This document shows positions 29,651 to 39,814 of a stretch of 64,000 bases of DNA, piece by piece; positions within the stretch are counted from its first letter, which is position 1; each line of letters begins with the position of its first letter. Both the position numbers and the translations under genes were made by a program. Source of the DNA: Alphaproteobacteria bacterium. Lineage in GTDB: Bacteria > Pseudomonadota > Alphaproteobacteria > UBA9219 > RFNS01. Where the stretch lies: contig JBBCGY010000001.1 in NCBI GenBank assembly GCA_037200005.1, positions 889,812-953,811 on the forward strand, given 5' to 3'. Under the pieces are notes generated by a model. That model ran no database searches, was not told the origin of the DNA, and saw only the letters and a program-made list of their open reading frames with translations.

Positions 29651-30675
29651 GTCGTTATCGCGTCTAGAACTTTGATCCGGCGCAGAACCAGGACCTTAAG
29701 GGCAACAGGCCCCAAAATGCCCGCCGCGATCAGGATCGGGAGGAAAATCAGGAAATGATAACCATCCCAATTCATGAAACGCATCAGAACGCCCTTTGTC
29801 AGACCAATGAAGATAGTGTTGAACAGATAAATCACGAACGTATAGCCGGCAAGGAAGGCAAGGATACTGGAACGGCTGAAGACCGGCCGACGCATCACGG
29901 CATGGATCGCGGGCAAGGCAAGAAGATCAAGCGCATCCCTGCATAACTCCCAGTAGGGAAATGGGCTCATCACGGCCAAAAGCGCAAGCGATAATATGAA
30001 AACCGCCGCCAGAACCAGCCAGTGGCGGTCGAGAAACCGCCGGTAGGATTCCATATATCGAACCGTCACGCCGCCCAGTATGAAGAATACGAAGAAACCT
30101 CCCACCCGCCACAGATAGAAATACTCGGGCAGCGGCGCGTAATGCAGCGCCGCCGCCAGCGCGAGCAGAGCCCATGCCTTGCCTCTCATGAGCCACATCA
30201 GCGGCGGCACGATCGCGCAATAGACGAACATCACATAGACGTACCAGATCGACGTCGCCGGGCCGGAGTCCGTATTGATGAACATCGCCTTCAGCCCGTC
30301 CGTCAGGCCCGGCGGCTGGCGGTCGACGGTCATGAAATGGCTGAACGCCAGTTTACCGAGGATAATCGTCAGGCCGAACAGCACGAACGGCAGCAGAAAG
30401 CGGAAAGCCCGCTTTTTCAGGAAATCCCAGTATTTTCCTGGCGGCGTTTCCGCCGCGCCGGTGTAAAACATCACGATGCCGCTCAGATACATGAACAAGG
30501 GCATGTGAAACATATAGATGGCGTCGCTTAGCGACATGAACCATTCATTGCCGGCAGGCTGAGCCGCGCCACGGCTTACGATATGGCCGATCACGACCAG
30601 CAGGATGGCGAAGCCCTTGGCCTGATCGATGTCATGCAGCCTCGGCCGCGGCGGTTTTGCGGAAATCCCGGACAT
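29647..30675 (-). CDS. Acyltransferase family 3 membrane protein
   Basis: AKGFAILLVVIGHIV...FHMPLFMYLSG. Polytopic. 4-nt overlap with the downstream AT3 gene. Confidence 0.75.
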   Translation of the reverse strand: MSGISAKPPRPRLHDIDQAKGFAILLVVIGHIVSRGAAQPAGNEWFMSLSDAIYMFHMPLFMYLSGIVMFYTGAAETPPGKYWDFLKKRAFRFLLPFVLFGLTIILGKLAFSHFMTVDRQPPGLTDGLKAMFINTDSGPATSIWYVYVMFVYCAIVPPLMWLMRGKAWALLALAAALHYAPLPEYFYLWRVGGFFVFFILGGVTVRYMESYRRFLDRHWLVLAAVFILSLALLAVMSPFPYWELCRDALDLLALPAIHAVMRRPVFSRSSILAFLAGYTFVIYLFNTIFIGLTKGVLMRFMNWDGYHFLIFLPILIAAGILGPVALKVLVLRRIKVLDAITT

Positions 30676-30678
30676 AAC

Positions 30679-31818
30679 CTACGCTTTTTCCAGGAATTCA
30701 TGAAGCACATGCCACATCGGCTTGCGCTTCAAGTCATCATCGAGCGGCAGGCCGCGAATATGATGCCCTTTCGGATTGCGCCACACGTTCCATTGCGCGC
30801 TGGACAGCCAGCTATGGCGATCGGTCAGGCCCCAGGCCAGGATTTGCTTGGGCACCGCGACCGTGAACACGATGTCCAGGAACTCGCGCAGTTTGGCGGC
30901 AACCAGCTCATCGGTCTTTTTCGAATCGGTATTGAAGGACGGGTCGAAAACATCGAGCTCCGTGATGATGATATCCAAACCGAGCTTCTTCGCTTCCTCG
31001 CATAAAGCCTTCAGCGGCGCGAAGTTCGTCTCAAGGTCGATATGCGCCTGCAAACCAAGGGCATGAATAGGGACATTCTTGTCTTTCAGGCCGCGCAATA
31101 ATTTTATCGCCGACGCCGATTTCGCGGGCCGCTGCTCGATATCGTAATCGTTATAGACCAGTTGAACGTCCGGATCGGCCTGCGCCGCAAGCCGGAAGGC
31201 TTTTTCTATATAAGACGGCCCCAGCGCCTTCAGCCACGGCGTGTCGCGCAGTCCTTCCTCATTCCCCTCGCCCCTGCCCTTGAGGGCTTCGTTCACGACA
31301 TCCCAGGAAACGAGCTTGCCTTTGTAATGGCCCGCCACTTTGGCGATATATTCCTCCATCAGGGCTTCGCCCCTGCCCTCTTTGAGAGCTTGCTCCGCCC
31401 AGGCCGGAAACGCCGCGTGCCATATCAGCGTATGGCCGCGCATCTTCATGTCGTATTTCTTCGCATATTCCAATAGCTGGTCGGCGAGCCAGAAATCCCA
31501 TTTCTCCGGCGTCGGATGGAGAGCGTCCCATTTCATGATGCTCTCGGCGACCAAGAGATTGCATTCGCGGGCGATGGCGTCGTTGAAGTCCTGCTCGTAA
31601 TAGGGGCTGAACGCCTTGGTAATCTCCAGACGCGCGGGCTCGACGCTCGAACCATAGAGGATGCCCTTCTTCGCCGCCGTTTCGCGCAGCGGAGGCAAGG
31701 ATTCATAATCGTATTTTACGGTTTCAGTTTCCGCCATCGCAAATTTCGGAAGCATCGCGCTCGTGGCCGTCGCCGCGGATAGGGCGATAAAGTCGCGGCG
31801 AGTTAGCTCTCGTTTCAT
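30679..31818 (-). CDS. GH10 glycoside hydrolase with Tat signal (intact paralog)
   Basis: Twin-arginine leader TRRDFIALSAATATSAMLPKFAMA. GH10 catalytic Glu contexts WDVVNEAL and IITELDV. Confidence 0.85.
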   Translation of the reverse strand: MKRELTRRDFIALSAATATSAMLPKFAMAETETVKYDYESLPPLRETAAKKGILYGSSVEPARLEITKAFSPYYEQDFNDAIARECNLLVAESIMKWDALHPTPEKWDFWLADQLLEYAKKYDMKMRGHTLIWHAAFPAWAEQALKEGRGEALMEEYIAKVAGHYKGKLVSWDVVNEALKGRGEGNEEGLRDTPWLKALGPSYIEKAFRLAAQADPDVQLVYNDYDIEQRPAKSASAIKLLRGLKDKNVPIHALGLQAHIDLETNFAPLKALCEEAKKLGLDIIITELDVFDPSFNTDSKKTDELVAAKLREFLDIVFTVAVPKQILAWGLTDRHSWLSSAQWNVWRNPKGHHIRGLPLDDDLKRKPMWHVLHEFLEKA

Positions 31819-31821
31819 TTT

Positions 31822-33753
31822 TTATCCTCCTGTCGCGTTCTCCGCGATCTTCAGTACGGGCAGCATGCCAGCCTTGCGGATTTTCTCAAACACATGCGCC
31901 GAACCCTCTGCCGTCAGATGGCCGTAGTCGAACTGGATCGGGACATCTTCTCCGGCCATGGTCTCGCATGCCTGTCCGCCGGGGCACATAACGTCAAAGA
32001 AGGAGATATAGCGCACGCCGTTTTCCGCAGCGAGCTTCGCCATCTCGCCGTCAAGCTGCGCAAAAGTTTCGACGCGGTGGCGAAAGGAATAGGCGGCGTC
32101 GTTCTTTTGGGCGGAAAGCGCGAGCAGCCGGGGCAACGCCGCGTCATACTGCACCATCGGCCCGAACAGCACGACGGCGTCCGCGTATTTCTTCGCATAG
32201 GCCAGAGTCTCGGGCAAGCGCGCCACGTCCTGGCTATTCCAGCGTCCGGCGATGAGCAGGACGTTCACCCGATGAGCGGGAAGATATTCCCGAAAAACAT
32301 AATCCATGAGCTTTGTGCAGCGCTCATAGGAGCTCATAGAATGATTGAGCGTCGGCTTGCAGCCTGAAGCAGCCGCCTGCATGATATTCAAATCGGGGAA
32401 AACCGCTGAAAGGCCGTGCCATAAATGAGCGGCATGGGAATCCCCCAGCAGGAGATAATCGTTATTTTTACCTTCACTGCGTTGCAGGCAGAAAGAAGGG
32501 TCATAGACCATATCTCCGCTTTCTATAAAGCAAGACGCGGCCTTACTGGTCTTTTCGCCGTCATAATTCATATATGAAGCGATCTTGATGACTTGAGGCG
32601 AGTAGCGGAATGCGAGCCCGTCGGCGACCACGATTCCGATCGCCAGCAGCGTGCAGAAGGCGGCGGCGGCTCCGGCCCAGCGGAACAGGACGGGGCGCGT
32701 GAACGATTTCCGGTCGCGGAACGGCGTCTCGACAAATTTCCATGAGGCCGCGGCCAGGACGATGGAAAGGCCGATGACATAAAACTTCTCGACGCGCGGC
32801 GGCAACCCGGCGGACATGAATCCCATGCCGTGGAACACGATCACCGGCCAATGCCAGAGATAGAGCGAATACGAGATAAGGCCGATAAATACGACTGGCG
32901 GCAGCGACAGCAGCTTGCCGCCCCAGGATTCCCCCGTCTCCCCCGCCGCGATAAACAGCGCCGCGCCCAAACAGGGCAGAAGCGCCGCAAAACCAGGAAA
33001 CGGCGTGTCCGAGGAATAGAGCGGAACGCAGACGAGGATCATCGCAAGACCGGCGAGGCTGGCCAGGTTACGCCATAGCGCGCCACGGATTTCCGGCACG
33101 AGCCTCATGCCCAGGACGCAGCCGATCAGCAGCTCCCAGGCGCGGCTGTGCAGCAGATAATAAGACGCCGACGAATGCTGCGCCACGCCGTAGGCGCTGA
33201 GGCCGAGCGAAAACACGGCCAATCCCAGAACAGTCAGCTTCAAATGGCGGCGGAAGCGGCGATAGGCCAGCATGAGCAGGAGCGGAAAGAAGATATAGAA
33301 CTGTTCCTCAACCGCCAGCGACCATGTATGCAGCAACGGCTTCGACATCGAAGCCCCTTCGAAATAGCCCGCCTGGCTCCAAAACAGGAAATTGGAGGCG
33401 GAAAACAGCGCCGCCGGGATGGATTTCGAGAAATCCTTCATCTCGGTCGGCATCAGATAAGCGTAGCCGATGGCCGTCGCGCCGAGCATCGTCACGACCA
33501 GCGCCGGGATGATGCGGCGGATGCGGCGCTCGTAGAAATTGACGATGGAGAAATTCCCGGCTTCGATCTCCGTGGCGATGATGCGCGAGATCAGATAGCC
33601 CGAGATGATGAAAAAAACATCCACGCCGATGAAACCGCCATGGCAGAACGGCATCTCGACATGGCAAGCGGCGACTGCCATGACCGCGACGGCGCGAAGG
33701 CCGTCTATATCCGGGCGGTATTTTGTTCCCTTATGCGCATGTCCCTGAATCAT
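31822..33753 (-). CDS. AT3 acyltransferase fused to C-terminal SGNH hydrolase-like domain (OafA/YrhL-type O-acetyltransferase)
   Basis: N-terminal AT3 membrane domain (DGLRAVAVMAVAACHV...FFIISGYL). C-terminal soluble domain with LLLGDSHAAHL. Confidence 0.8.
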   Translation of the reverse strand: MIQGHAHKGTKYRPDIDGLRAVAVMAVAACHVEMPFCHGGFIGVDVFFIISGYLISRIIATEIEAGNFSIVNFYERRIRRIIPALVVTMLGATAIGYAYLMPTEMKDFSKSIPAALFSASNFLFWSQAGYFEGASMSKPLLHTWSLAVEEQFYIFFPLLLMLAYRRFRRHLKLTVLGLAVFSLGLSAYGVAQHSSASYYLLHSRAWELLIGCVLGMRLVPEIRGALWRNLASLAGLAMILVCVPLYSSDTPFPGFAALLPCLGAALFIAAGETGESWGGKLLSLPPVVFIGLISYSLYLWHWPVIVFHGMGFMSAGLPPRVEKFYVIGLSIVLAAASWKFVETPFRDRKSFTRPVLFRWAGAAAAFCTLLAIGIVVADGLAFRYSPQVIKIASYMNYDGEKTSKAASCFIESGDMVYDPSFCLQRSEGKNNDYLLLGDSHAAHLWHGLSAVFPDLNIMQAAASGCKPTLNHSMSSYERCTKLMDYVFREYLPAHRVNVLLIAGRWNSQDVARLPETLAYAKKYADAVVLFGPMVQYDAALPRLLALSAQKNDAAYSFRHRVETFAQLDGEMAKLAAENGVRYISFFDVMCPGGQACETMAGEDVPIQFDYGHLTAEGSAHVFEKIRKAGMLPVLKIAENATGG

Positions 33754-34889
33754 GGCGAATCAATTCCTCTTGTCTGGGGTACGGCTTGCGGAGAAGCCGA
33801 AGAGAATAATTTACGGAAAACGGCGGAGATGCGGCGGCGTCCCCGGACCTCGATCAGCGCATAGCTGGCCCAAGCGACAAGCCATGCGGCGACAATGACC
33901 GCCGGGGCAAAAACCATGTCCGCGTTCGCCAAGTCGGCAGGCAACACAATTTTAAGACACCGCTTGATCACATCCACCAGAATGCCATGCCACAGATACA
34001 GCGAATAGGAGATCAGTCCCAGGTGATAGATCACCCGGTTCCCGAACAACACGGCGCTTGCGCGGCTGTTGTAATACAGGGAGATAATCAGGAACGGGAT
34101 CACCAGCACGACCGCCACATCGCTGCCCGGAATCGCCAACAGCCCTATAAGCAGAGCGAGAGTTACAAGGACGGCGCCATCGCCTGACATCAACCGGCGG
34201 CATGCGGAATTTTGCGACAGCCTATAAGCTCCCAACCCAAGGCAGAATTCTCCAAGGCAACGCAGCGCGGGCAAAAAGCTGTATTTGTGCGCGTCGAGAT
34301 TGACGACATCGAGCGGGCCCATCTCCCCCTGAGAGGAAACTGCGACCATGAAAATACCCACCACCGAAGCCAAGACTTGCAGCCATACCCAGCGCGAAAA
34401 GGCGATGTATATCAAAAGCGGAAAGAGAGAATAGGCCAGCAATTCGGTGCTTACCGACCACGAATTTCCGACCATGATATGAGCGCCGAGACCCCAGCTA
34501 TGAATCAGCAGGAAATTGGCGATAAGATCGTATGCGCTCAGTTCAAAGTCGTGAACGCCGGAGATATTGACCAGCCATTTCGCGTAGAAGATGGCCGTGA
34601 CCACGAAATAGACCGGATAAATGCGCGCGATCCGATTGACCATGAAGGATGCATAACGAGGCCAGACGCAGCCGTTCTTGAAGTCTTCGCTATATCGAAG
34701 CGCGAGCACGAAGCCGCTGAGCACGAAGAAAAGATCGACGCACAGATATCCCCAGTTCAAGGGAAGGGTGTCGAGAAAGGTGGAATCCTGGTTTTGCCGG
34801 GCGTGCCATTGGATATGATAAAGCATAACCATAAAGGCGGCCAGCCCGCGAACGCCGGTCAACGGCTTGATTTCGTTTTTCATGGCCAT
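33750..34889 (-). CDS. Acyltransferase family 3 membrane protein
   Basis: LTGVRGLAAFMVMLYHI...DLFFVLSGFVL. Polytopic. 4-nt overlap with the downstream gene. Confidence 0.75.
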   Translation of the reverse strand: MAMKNEIKPLTGVRGLAAFMVMLYHIQWHARQNQDSTFLDTLPLNWGYLCVDLFFVLSGFVLALRYSEDFKNGCVWPRYASFMVNRIARIYPVYFVVTAIFYAKWLVNISGVHDFELSAYDLIANFLLIHSWGLGAHIMVGNSWSVSTELLAYSLFPLLIYIAFSRWVWLQVLASVVGIFMVAVSSQGEMGPLDVVNLDAHKYSFLPALRCLGEFCLGLGAYRLSQNSACRRLMSGDGAVLVTLALLIGLLAIPGSDVAVVLVIPFLIISLYYNSRASAVLFGNRVIYHLGLISYSLYLWHGILVDVIKRCLKIVLPADLANADMVFAPAVIVAAWLVAWASYALIEVRGRRRISAVFRKLFSSASPQAVPQTRGIDSP

Positions 34890-35010
34890 GGCCCGCTTTT
34901 CATTGCCATTCCGGACGCCCCTTCATGGAGGCGATCCGGAATCCAGGGAAACAGTGCTTTGCTTGGCATGGATTCCGGTCTCGCGCCCAAGGACGCGCCG
35001 GAATGACAAT

Positions 35011-37155
35011 TCAGCCCTGATAATAATGCTTATATTTCTCGTAACTGCCGAAACCGTATTTTCTTTGCTCGTTCATATCGACCTGAGTGAGAACAGCGCC
35101 GGCCAGCTTGACGTTGAACAGCCGGAGTTTTTTCAATCCCTCAGCCACGCTTTCGGTGGTGGTCGATCCCCAGCGCACGAGGAAGAGAGCGGTATCGACC
35201 TGCTTTGCCATCATGGCGGAGTCGGCAACGGCCATGATCGGCGGAGAGTCGATGATAACGATGTCGTACTTTTCCCGCACCGCGATCAGCAACAGCTCCA
35301 TTTGATGGGAACTCAGCAGATCGTGCGGATTAGGAACCTTGGTATGGGCTACGATGACATCGGCGCCGCTGGTGTCGCGCTGGATGGCGTCTTCGAGTTT
35401 CGCATCATGTGCCAGTACCATGGCCAGATCGGGCTTAGTGATATCAAGGCCCAGCAGGCTATGCACCGAAGGGCGGCGCAAATCGGCATCGATCAGCAGC
35501 ACCTTCTTGCCCGACTGGGCGATCACGCGCGTGAGCGACGTCGCGAAACAGCTCTTGCCTTCCTTCGGCAGGGAACTCGTCACCATAATGATCTTATGAG
35601 GGGCGTCCACATTCGAAAAGTGAATCGCCGTCGCGATCGCGCGTATGGATTCCGCATAGCCCGACAAAGGCTTTTCCAGGATATAGTCGCCAATCGGCTG
35701 CCCAGGCGGAGCATCGGCAACGGGTACGACGCCAAGCCCGTTGATGCCGCATAGCTCCTCGAGCTCGCCGAGAGAGCGGACGCCGCGATTAAGGTATTCA
35801 AAGCCGAAAGCCAGAATGGTCCCAAGCCCGCCGCCAAGAAAAATTCCAAGCAGCAGGAACATCCTCTTCTTGGGGAAATACGCCTCCACGGGAATGTCCG
35901 CCCGCGCCACGATGCGCGAGTCGGCCATTTGCAAGCCTTGCTGTTCGACAATTTGCTTGGACCTGCTCAGGAAGCTTTCATAAAGAGTCCGGGTCACGGC
36001 GGCCTGGCGCTGCAACTGGCGCAAAGTCACCATCGACTGATTGCCTGAAACCGTCACGCCTTCGACGTCCGCAAGCTGCTTCTCCAGCATCGTGACCTTG
36101 TTTTTGGCGACATTGTAGTCGTTTTCGATGCTGGCCGTTATCTTCTGCACTTCATCGCTGATCTTGCCGCGAATGCTGTCCAGCTGGTTGCGGATATTCA
36201 CGATCGTCGGATGCAGCCTGCCATAGCGCTTGGACATATCGGCTTCCTGGCGCAGCACTTCGGCTTCCTGCTGCTTCAAGCCGCGGATCAGTTCCGAGGA
36301 AATGGCGATGGAGGATGATTCCTGCTGCCTTAGGCTCCGCCCCTTGACGCTGTTATAGCGGGCTTCGGCCTGTGCCAGTTCGCCGCGCGCGTCGAGCAAT
36401 TGGGTATTGATGGCGCCCAGCTGCTGCTGCGTGAGGGTTTCATCGCCGCCCTTGCCGACAAGGTTGTTGTCTTCCTTGAAAGTTTCGACGGCTTTCTCAG
36501 CTTTTCTGACTTCTTCCTGCAGAGCTTCCAGCCGCTTGTTGAACCAGATCGTCGCTTTTTCGGACGTGTCGTATTTGACCTCGATCTGGTTCTCCAGATA
36601 AGCCTCGGCAAAGGCGTTGGCGATTCTCGCCGCCTTTTCCGGATTGACGTCGCGGTAATCGATGTTGATGCTATACGAACGGCCGTCATTGACGACATCG
36701 AGCCCCAGAAGCAAATTATTCACGACAATCGTGCGTTCTTCCTCGGCGCGCTTGCTGGCGGTTTCCCCGTCCTCGTCGCTGCCGAAAAGCTGGCTCAGCA
36801 AACCTCTCCCGCCTCCTTCGACGGCGGGGTTAAGCACGGGGTCTTTCATGAGGTCGAGTTTATCGACGACTTTATTGGCGACCGTTTTGGATTGAATCGC
36901 CGTAACGTCGCTGCGAATGGCTAAAGTATCGGGCAAAAGGCTGGACACGACTTCTTCCAGATCGGTGACGCGCGTCTTGCGCGGGTCGAGAATGACCACG
37001 GCCTCGGCCATATAGCGCTTCGGCAATATAAATCCCAGCGTGAGCATCAGAAGCGTGACGCAGCCGGCAACGGCCGAGATAAAAGCTGCATTACGACGCG
37101 CGAAGAAATATATCTTGCGGAGGTCGTTCATCAAAAAAAGATCATCTTGTTCCAT
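35011..37155 (-). CDS. Polysaccharide co-polymerase / tyrosine autokinase (Wzc/ExoP/GumC family)
   Basis: Wzz-like N-terminal domain with 2 TM helices and a long coiled coil. C-terminal BY-kinase with Walker A SSLPKEGKS and Walker B VIIDSPP. Confidence 0.85.
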   Translation of the reverse strand: MEQDDLFLMNDLRKIYFFARRNAAFISAVAGCVTLLMLTLGFILPKRYMAEAVVILDPRKTRVTDLEEVVSSLLPDTLAIRSDVTAIQSKTVANKVVDKLDLMKDPVLNPAVEGGGRGLLSQLFGSDEDGETASKRAEEERTIVVNNLLLGLDVVNDGRSYSINIDYRDVNPEKAARIANAFAEAYLENQIEVKYDTSEKATIWFNKRLEALQEEVRKAEKAVETFKEDNNLVGKGGDETLTQQQLGAINTQLLDARGELAQAEARYNSVKGRSLRQQESSSIAISSELIRGLKQQEAEVLRQEADMSKRYGRLHPTIVNIRNQLDSIRGKISDEVQKITASIENDYNVAKNKVTMLEKQLADVEGVTVSGNQSMVTLRQLQRQAAVTRTLYESFLSRSKQIVEQQGLQMADSRIVARADIPVEAYFPKKRMFLLLGIFLGGGLGTILAFGFEYLNRGVRSLGELEELCGINGLGVVPVADAPPGQPIGDYILEKPLSGYAESIRAIATAIHFSNVDAPHKIIMVTSSLPKEGKSCFATSLTRVIAQSGKKVLLIDADLRRPSVHSLLGLDITKPDLAMVLAHDAKLEDAIQRDTSGADVIVAHTKVPNPHDLLSSHQMELLLIAVREKYDIVIIDSPPIMAVADSAMMAKQVDTALFLVRWGSTTTESVAEGLKKLRLFNVKLAGAVLTQVDMNEQRKYGFGSYEKYKHYYQG

Positions 37156-37425
37156 AATACGCGCCTGTCACATGAGTGGTTGCATTGAAAGATCGGGTTT
37201 CTAAAATAACGTCCTGATTATTCTTTTATATTTCTGCTCCATCGCTCTCTATGCCGTCACAATGCCTTTGTCGGCGCTGACATCAACAATCCCCCACCGA
37301 TTCCGAAACGGCGGAACAATTGCTGCAGTGCACCTGATTAAGGATCGCAGCTTCTAACATTTCCTTCATTCCGATAGCAACTACAAATTTAATTTCAAAG
37401 GGATAGAAATCTCAAATAATTTGCC

Positions 37426-38208
37426 TTAACCACGATTTGCCGGAGATTTCTCGAAAAACAGTTCATAGGGCTTCAGAAACCTGGCCGCGAAAGCAAGCGT
37501 TAGGCGCTGCCAATCCGCCTCGCCGGTCAGGTTCTCGAACTGGGATCGATGCTCCATCAATGCGGCTTTTTTACGGTCAAGATAGCCTCCGGCGTCGATT
37601 CGCTTATGAGTTAGCAAGGGCGAAACAGCCATGGCATGGCGCAGAGCGCCCATAGGCCAGAACCAGAGCGGGTATTCATAGACCGGACAGGCAATTACCC
37701 GGCTATTCACCAGCCTCATTACCGCCGCCGCCACCGCGCGATGATCCGGATGCCGGTCGATGCCGTAAGGCGAAAAAACAATCGCCGGAGCGCATAATTT
37801 GGCCTGTATTTCGATATCGCCGGCGATTTTCTCGATATGCGCGGCTGCCTTGCCATCCGGATAGGACAGAAATACGACATCGTCCGCTGTCACCCCAAGC
37901 CGTCCGGCAGCGCGGCGCGCTTCCTCCTGCCGAAGAGCGGCCAAAGCTTCGGGCGTCATGACCGTGGACTGGGTTGAAGAGCTTCCATCCGTAACGATAA
38001 CGATACGAACTGGAAATCCACTGTCACGCAGCCGCAGAACAGCCGCTCCGCAGCCCAGGGTTTCGTCGTCAGGATGGGGGGCGATCACCAGCGCCGGACC
38101 GGCAGGAAGGCTTTGCGTGATGTCGACGCTTAGGAAGGCAAAGAATGCCTGAAAGACCTCAATGACCGCTCGTTTGACGGTTTCTTTTAGGGCTTGCATG
38201 GAGGCCAT
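37426..38208 (-). CDS. PIG-L/LmbE-family deacetylase
   Basis: VIAPHPDDETLGCGAAV zinc-binding motif. Confidence 0.8.
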   Translation of the reverse strand: MASMQALKETVKRAVIEVFQAFFAFLSVDITQSLPAGPALVIAPHPDDETLGCGAAVLRLRDSGFPVRIVIVTDGSSSTQSTVMTPEALAALRQEEARRAAGRLGVTADDVVFLSYPDGKAAAHIEKIAGDIEIQAKLCAPAIVFSPYGIDRHPDHRAVAAAVMRLVNSRVIACPVYEYPLWFWPMGALRHAMAVSPLLTHKRIDAGGYLDRKKAALMEHRSQFENLTGEADWQRLTLAFAARFLKPYELFFEKSPANRG

Positions 38209-38319
38209 CGAAGCCGCTCGCGAACTTATAAGGAAATATCTGAATCAGCCCTGCTCCGCCAAGAGGCTTCGCAGGGCACTCGGTTTTTCTAAGCGCGCAA
38301 GCGCGCTAAGAAAAACCGG

Positions 38320-38394
38320 TGGTGGGCGGTGAGGGGATCGAACCCCCGGCAGCCTCGGTGTAAACGAGATGCTCTACCGCTGAGCTAACCGCCC
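38320..38394 (-). tRNA. tRNA-Val (anticodon TAC)
   Basis: Minus-strand read GGGCGGTTAGCTCAGCGGTAGAGCATCTCGTTTACACCGAGGCTGCCGGGGGTTCGATCCCCTCACCGCCCACCA. Cloverleaf with anticodon loop TTTACAC. CCA encoded. Confidence 0.85.
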
Positions 38395-38429
38395 ACGCGC
38401 CGACATCCAACGACTGCTACGCGTTTCTG

Positions 38430-39041
38430 TCAAGCCAGAGAGCAATCCTTAGCCGCCGCCTGTCCGCCGGAGAGTTCCGGCCTGTCGGGCGCGGGAGGCT
38501 CCATAGTCCTGCGTGCGGAACTCAAGAGCTCATCCATGACGGCCTCTCTAACCAGGGGTTTATATCCACTGGCGACTTTGCAGCTATCGAGCATGGCGCC
38601 TTTCAGCGGATGGTGTTCCAAAGCTTCGTCGACGACATACTCTACATAGGGCCGCCGCTCTTCGACAGCGGTTTGCACGAGCACTTTTCTCACTAATTCC
38701 TCTAGCGTCATCCATTCGTCTGGCGGGAGATAAACGTCCCCAGATTCAATCCGGGCCTTAAGCCGCTTGCCGCTTCCGCTAGCCAGAGGAAAACCCTTAG
38801 AATCTGACCAAACATGACGCTTTTTCAGCTTTTTCAGCGCTTTCTCCTTGCGCTGGTCGAAATATTTGGCATCCATTTCCTGATCGAATGCCGCATTTTG
38901 CCGGACGGCTGATACGTAAGACCAGTAAGCCGGATGATGGAGGGCATGCTCCAAGACATCAGCGGCAGCCGCCTTCATTTCCTCATATCTTTGCGGACGA
39001 GTTTCTTGCACGCGCTGTAAAAAATCTTCAATTCTGGACAT
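38430..39041 (-). CDS. Hypothetical protein (203 aa)
   Basis: Long ORF with balanced composition between tRNA-Val and adk. No recognisable motif. Confidence 0.45.
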   Translation of the reverse strand: MSRIEDFLQRVQETRPQRYEEMKAAAADVLEHALHHPAYWSYVSAVRQNAAFDQEMDAKYFDQRKEKALKKLKKRHVWSDSKGFPLASGSGKRLKARIESGDVYLPPDEWMTLEELVRKVLVQTAVEERRPYVEYVVDEALEHHPLKGAMLDSCKVASGYKPLVREAVMDELLSSARRTMEPPAPDRPELSGGQAAAKDCSLA

Positions 39042-39135
39042 TATGCATCCCTCCTTAAAAATAGAATGAAATAGATATATCGGCCGATTATTGTTATTTC
39101 AAGCGGCCATCAAAAACCGCCGTAACATCACGCAA

Positions 39136-39786
39136 TTATTCGCATCGATCCAAAATAGCCGAGACGTCTTTCTCGACCTTGTCCATATCGGCCATGCCGT
39201 CGACCTGATGCAAAATACCCTTGGCCGCGTAGTAGGGGATGATCGGTTTCGTCTGTTCCTCATAGGCCTTAAGCCGCGTCTTCATGGTTTCGGCATTGTC
39301 GTCGGCGCGGCGGGTGAATTCCGTGCCGCCGCAAGCATCGCATACGCCGGGAGTCTTCGTCGGCTTGAACTTATCGTGATAACCGGCGCCGCATTTGGCG
39401 CATGTGAAGCGTCCGCTCACGCGCTCGACGAGAGCGGGAACATCGACCTTCAATTCGATGACGGCGCATAGAGGCTTGACCTTGGCCAGCATCGCGTCGA
39501 GAGCCTCGGCCTGAGCCGTGGTGCGGGGAAATCCATCGAGAATGACGCCTCTGGCGCAATCAGGCTCGGCCATGCGCGATGCAATGAGCCGGATCATCAA
39601 ATCGTCCGGCACCAGCTTTCCGGCATCCATGAGCGATTTGGCTTCGAGGCCGAGCGGCTCTCCCCGCTTGATGGCGGCACGCAGCATGTCGCCGGTGGAA
39701 AGCTGCACCATGGCGCGCGAAGTCTCGATCCTCTTGGCCTGGGTTCCCTTGCCCGCGCCCGGCGGTCCAAGCAAGATGATATTCAT
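39136..39786 (-). CDS. adk: Adenylate kinase
   Basis: P-loop GPPGAGKGTQ. Zinc lid CAKCGAGYH...CDACGG. Confidence 0.95.
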   Translation of the reverse strand: MNIILLGPPGAGKGTQAKRIETSRAMVQLSTGDMLRAAIKRGEPLGLEAKSLMDAGKLVPDDLMIRLIASRMAEPDCARGVILDGFPRTTAQAEALDAMLAKVKPLCAVIELKVDVPALVERVSGRFTCAKCGAGYHDKFKPTKTPGVCDACGGTEFTRRADDNAETMKTRLKAYEEQTKPIIPYYAAKGILHQVDGMADMDKVEKDVSAILDRCE

Positions 39787-39814
39787 GCGGTTCCTCGTAT
39801 TACGTCAACTTCTC

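Noticed and set aside
38248-38287. Hairpin GCCCTGC...GCAGGGC plus T-run resembling an intrinsic terminator
   Set aside because: It is oriented for plus-strand transcription, but the nearest upstream plus-strand gene ends 13.7 kb away. For the minus-strand tRNA-Val the T-run is on the wrong side. Kept only as a note.
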